From Diplonema japonicum (taxonomy: Eukaryota; Protista; Euglenozoa: Diplonemea), in NCBI GenBank assembly GCA_964019335.1, contig OZ025656.1, positions 124,001 to 188,000 on the forward strand: DNA of 64,000 nt, in the 5' to 3' direction. A program made the translations under genes and the position numbers. This document shows, one piece after another, positions 59,761 through 64,000 of this stretch. Below the pieces are notes generated by a model. That model saw nothing but the letters and a program-made list of their open reading frames with translations, was not told the origin of the DNA and ran no database searches. How positions within the stretch are numbered: position 1 is the stretch's first letter; each line of letters begins with the position of its first letter.

Positions 59761-62700
59761 CTTCGATGTTGACACTGAAGAAGACGAACCAGAAGAAGCC
59801 GGCTTCGACCCGCAAAGCGTGTGCTACAACGATGATGGAGAGAAGATCATCGAAACGACCATAACTCAGATCACCGAATATGCCAGGCAGGAGGTGCTGA
59901 AGAGCCTCGACGCAAAGAATAAGGAGTGCGATGAGTTTCAAAAGGAACTCACTAATATGCAAGCAGACTACCAGCAAGTCCAACTAAATCTTAAAAAGAT
60001 GAAAGACGAAAACCAAGAGCTTCAAACCCGCAACGCTGTTCTTGTTTCCGAAGCGCACAACGTCAAGGAAATGAGGCAAACAATTGATGAACAGAAGGAC
60101 AGCATCAAGACGCTACAGGGCAAGATCCAAGCACAGGACAACGACACCTGGTCTGGTAACCATCTGAAGGAGGTTGTCAAGCTTGCTGTCAAAAAAGAAC
60201 AACAGCTCAACGAGGTCAAGGAGCAGCTGACCCAACAAAGCAAAAAGATCGAGGAGAAAAAAAAAAACCTCAGCGAGGAGATAAAGCAGAAAGCTTCAGA
60301 AGTAGCAAAGAAACAGGTGGAGGACGAGAAGAAGAAAACAGAACGCACCATCAACTTGTTCAAGAAAGCGGCGGAGTCCAAAAGAAGCCAAGACAAAGAC
60401 AAGCTTCAGAAGATCATCGCCGATAAAACGGAGCAGATCGAGGACCACAACCGGGTGATGGAGAAGAAGGACGAAGATATTCGCAGCCTGCAGAACACCA
60501 TAGACAAACTGCAACAAGTGATCGACCTCAAGGAGGTAGAACTGAGCGACCTCAACAGAAAACTCAAAGACGAAGCAGGCAAACAGCTCGAGGACAGGCT
60601 TGCTGAAGAACAGCTGAAACTGGAAGCGAAGAAAGAAGACATCCAGAATCTAAACACCGCTATATACGATTTAGAGGCTTCCAATGAAGAAACAAAGACA
60701 GAACTTCACAGGGCAGTCCTCGAGAACGAGAAGCTATCCGAAGGTTTGCGGCAGCTGAAAGACAGCCTTGCAGAGGCTGACGAGCTTCACGCCCACCAAC
60801 AGGCCAAAGCAGTAGGACGGGAGGAGAGCCTCAAAACCGAGTACGAATCGCTGCAACGGAACAAAGCAGAGACCATACACCAGCTCAGCACAGAGGTACG
60901 CACCCTCAAAGAGAAAGAGGCTGCGCTTCAAAGCGAGCTCCTCGAACACAAGGAGATGCTAGACAAGGAAGTGAAAGAGAAGAACAACCTGACAAGCGAA
61001 ATGACCAAACAAGCTGAGCGAATGCGGAACCTAGAGATAGAGAAGGGTGACACGGAAAAGCGACTGCAGGGCGAGATGGCATGCCAGAGGGAGGTGCGCG
61101 AAGAGCATAAGAAAGAGATCAGTGACGCACAAGAAAACCACCGCCAGCTGCAACAAGAGCTAACCGCGGAACGGCAAAGGACCGCTGATGCGATAAAAGA
61201 AGCAGAACAGATACAGCAGTCGTATGACGACGCCACACTCGCATCGGACAAGACACTCGCGACGATCAAGGCCGACAAGGAGCGTGCCGAGCAGGACCTG
61301 AGGGTAGATTTAGTGACCGCTGGTGAGAAGCTGCAACGGCTGGAAGACAACCTCGAACAGCAGAAGCAAGCGATGCGGGAAGTGCAGGAACAGAACAAAA
61401 AATCGACGAAGCACTGGGAGAAGGTCATCGACAACATGAAGAGCAGTGCATCGGACGAGGTCCGCAATTTAAAGGAAGAACATGAGAAGGCCATGAACAG
61501 CGAGGCAGCGATCCATATTAACCTCCAGGCTGACCTCACAAAGGCGCAGGAGGATATGCAAACAATGCGGGAGCGACACGCAAAGCTTCAAGAAACCCTG
61601 AAGCATCGTGAAGAACAGCTGAAACAACAGATCCAGCAGACGCAAGAGGCCTCCGAGGCGAGGGCCCGAGAGGATGCAAAGCAGGAATACGCCCAGAAGG
61701 AGACACGGCTGCGGAAGGAGATTCAATCGATGAAAATGGAGATCGACGGCCAGAACGAGAGAGCAACCTTGGAGCAGCAAGAGCACGAAAGGGCCTCCGA
61801 CAAATGGAAACTTGCTTTAGAGATGCTCAAGGAGGAACATGAGGGCAATATAAAGAATCTTCAGGAGGACTACCGCAAACTGTCGCAGCAGCACCAAGGC
61901 GAGGAAAAAAAAGCGGCTGAGAAGTACGAGTCTGAGCGACGTAAAGCCGACAGTCTTGAGCAGCAGGTTGCAATGCTGAACTCGACACTGCAACAGAGCG
62001 TTGCTGACATGGATGTGGAGAGACAGAAGTGGCAACAGAAGCTTGATGAAGCTGCTCAGAAGCGTGACATGCAGCTCGAAGAGATCTACACCGCCAAGGG
62101 CAGCGTAGAGGAGAGGTGTGGCAAGCTGCAGGAGAACATACGGAGCCTTGAGATGGACATGAGCCAGCTGGAGCACCGCAGAGGGGCAGAGATCGGGCAG
62201 CTGGAACAAGACCTCCACACAGCGACATCCCAAACGCAACAGTGCAAAGCTGAAATCGAGCGGCTGCAGGAGAAAGTGTCCGAGAAGATCACACAAGTAG
62301 AGCGCCTCAACAAAGATCTCCAGAAGCAGAAGGACGGTCTCACTGCCGCTGAGCTCAAGATGGACACACAGCAGCACGAGGCAACAACCAACATGCAAGA
62401 GGCAGAAGCTGTGAAGAATGCTGCGCACAAAAAGATCGACGCACTGACCGTCGAGATCAGAGCTCTGAAGGAGCAATTACAGCTTGAGAAGCGAGAAAGT
62501 GCTGCTGCAAAGCAAGCAGAGAAAGGACTCGCAGGCAAGCTGAACGAAGCGAAGGGGGAACAGGACCGTGGAGTTGAGCAAGCCAAGAAGCTTGAACTGC
62601 AGCTGCAGCAGCAAAGCAACAAGTTGGAAGAAGCTCACAAAAAGGCGGAAGTTGAGGCCGCGAAGAGGGACAGGGAGATGCAGAACCACTACGACATGCT

Positions 62701-64000
62701 GTCGGCCTTGAGAGGTGAACTTGCCAAAGTGAAAGCAGAGCATGCTACACATACAAAACAACATGAGGAGTACTTGGGTGAACTGCGCGGCGCACTTGAA
62801 GTAGCAAGAAAAGAGTCCCTTGGAAAGGAAGCTGAGAACAGGGGTGAGCTTGAAGGGGTGAAGAATGAGCTGTTTGCAGCTACGGAAGACAGCAACAAGT
62901 CTCGTTCCGAGCTGCGGACTTTGAAAGTAGAGCTGAAAGAGGCACAGATAGCTGAGCAGCAAGCAGCAGATCGTCTCCACATCCTGCAGACGAGCTTGAA
63001 CGCTTCCAACAATGAGGCCCACGAGGCAAAGGCACAGCGCGACTCGGTGCAGCAGGAAATCAAGGTTCTGAAGGCCAACCACCACAACGTGCAGATGGAG
63101 GTCTCGCGGTACCGGGGCGAAATGCAGGACCAAGAAATGGGCTACGCATCCACCATCACGGACCTCAAACGCGAGCACCAGCAGAACCTCGACACACAGC
63201 AGCGCAGCCACGCAGCCTTCAAAAGGATGAACGAAGAGCTGGTCGACCGCAACAACCAACTGCAAGCGAAACTGGACGAAACCACAGCTCAGAAGCGAGA
63301 AGCAATCGCTGCTGAGGCGGAAGCAGGGAACGAGTGGAAAAATGCTGCAGCCGTGCTTAGGAAGGAAAACGAGCAGACGATGGAAAAATTACGACAGTTC
63401 CAGAGGGACCTCAGCGATGAGAAGCTTGCAACTCGCAAGGAGAAGGAGTCTGCTGCCATCTTGCGGAGCGATTTGGACACGAAGATCCACCAAGAGCACC
63501 TTCTGCGAGCGGATATTGAGGACCTGATGTTGGCACAGAAGAGTGTGATCGATGCGGCTGACGAGACGAGGATCAACGTCGAGGCAACTATACGAGGGAA
63601 GAACGACGAGTGTGAAGGCCTCAAGAAAAAATGCGAAACGTTACAAGAGGAGCTCGGGGAGGAGAAGGGCCGCAGCGCCGATCTGGAGCACCAGCTGCTA
63701 AATGCGTCACGCGACCTGGGATCCGTGAGGAGGCGGATGGTCTTTGCAGAGAAGCAACGCGATGAGGTGCACGAGGGTTCCTTGTCACACAGGACAGAGC
63801 TTGACAAGTCCCAAGAAACCGTCGAAACTCTGCAGGCCAACGAGGCGGCTCTGCAGCGTGCCGTTAGCTCCTTGAAGTCTGACCTCCAAACCTCCGAAGA
63901 CACCATTGCGATGTGGAAGAAGGTGTGCACCGCACAACACAACACAACACAACACAACACACAGCGAGAGGCCTCACGTGCTCAAGACATCGACAGCACA
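59426..64000 (+). CDS. Giant coiled-coil protein (>1500 aa, 3' truncated); absent from the ORF track
   Basis: The frame from ATG 59426 (MSSAGSAGKEDARM...) was consistent at the positions checked and reaches the window edge. E/K/Q/L heptad composition, Q14 run, and an in-frame intron at 63923-63964. Confidence 0.85.
59717..59758 (+). repeat. (CAA)n microsatellite encoding poly-Gln (14 Q)
   Basis: Directly visible. Confidence 0.95.
63933..63960 (+). repeat. (CACAA)n pentanucleotide repeat inside micro-intron 63923-63964
   Basis: Directly visible. Confidence 0.85.

Noticed and set aside
59395-63960. Long minus-strand ORFs (also 8541-9899, 3094-4002, 35890-36819)
   Set aside because: Antisense shadows of + strand coding regions, with no domains.
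1-64000. SL RNA gene, snRNAs, C/D snoRNAs, transposons, CRISPR
   Set aside because: I saw no CAGTTTCTGTA leader core, paired C/D boxes, RT/transposase ORFs or repeat-spacer arrays. A covariance-model search is needed to exclude divergent RNAs.

Overview
Eukaryotic nuclear DNA with about 24 protein-coding genes, all on the + strand. This directional, polycistronic-type cluster plus many tiny cis-introns suggests a euglenozoan, most plausibly a diplonemid (inference). I reconstructed 29 micro-introns by hand (31-69 nt, donor mostly GTATG, acceptor mostly ACAG, one GC-AG). Many are A/purine- or CA-rich rather than pyrimidine-rich, and in long genes they cluster near the 3' end. Recognisable genes: S53 sedolisin C-terminus with an altered catalytic motif, LRRC51-like, spartin/senescence-domain protein, ketol-acid reductoisomerase, ARM-repeat protein, PP2A A subunit, kinesin-8, secreted RgpF/glycosyltransferase-like protein, MFS inositol/sugar transporter, WDR49-like WD40, coatomer alpha, polytopic membrane-MORN protein, degenerate RlmI-like methyltransferase, CCCH zinc-finger protein followed by a 5.2 kb gene-free tract, BTB protein, RPN1, DNAAF1, a CAP-Gly protein with a repeated unnamed domain, and a giant coiled-coil protein running off the right end. 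Three genes are missing from or split by the ORF track: 38832-39011, 47849-48258 and 59426->64000. Non-coding DNA is dominated by homopolymer runs of all four bases with embedded hairpin islands. No tRNA, rRNA, SL RNA, CRISPR array or mobile element was recognised.
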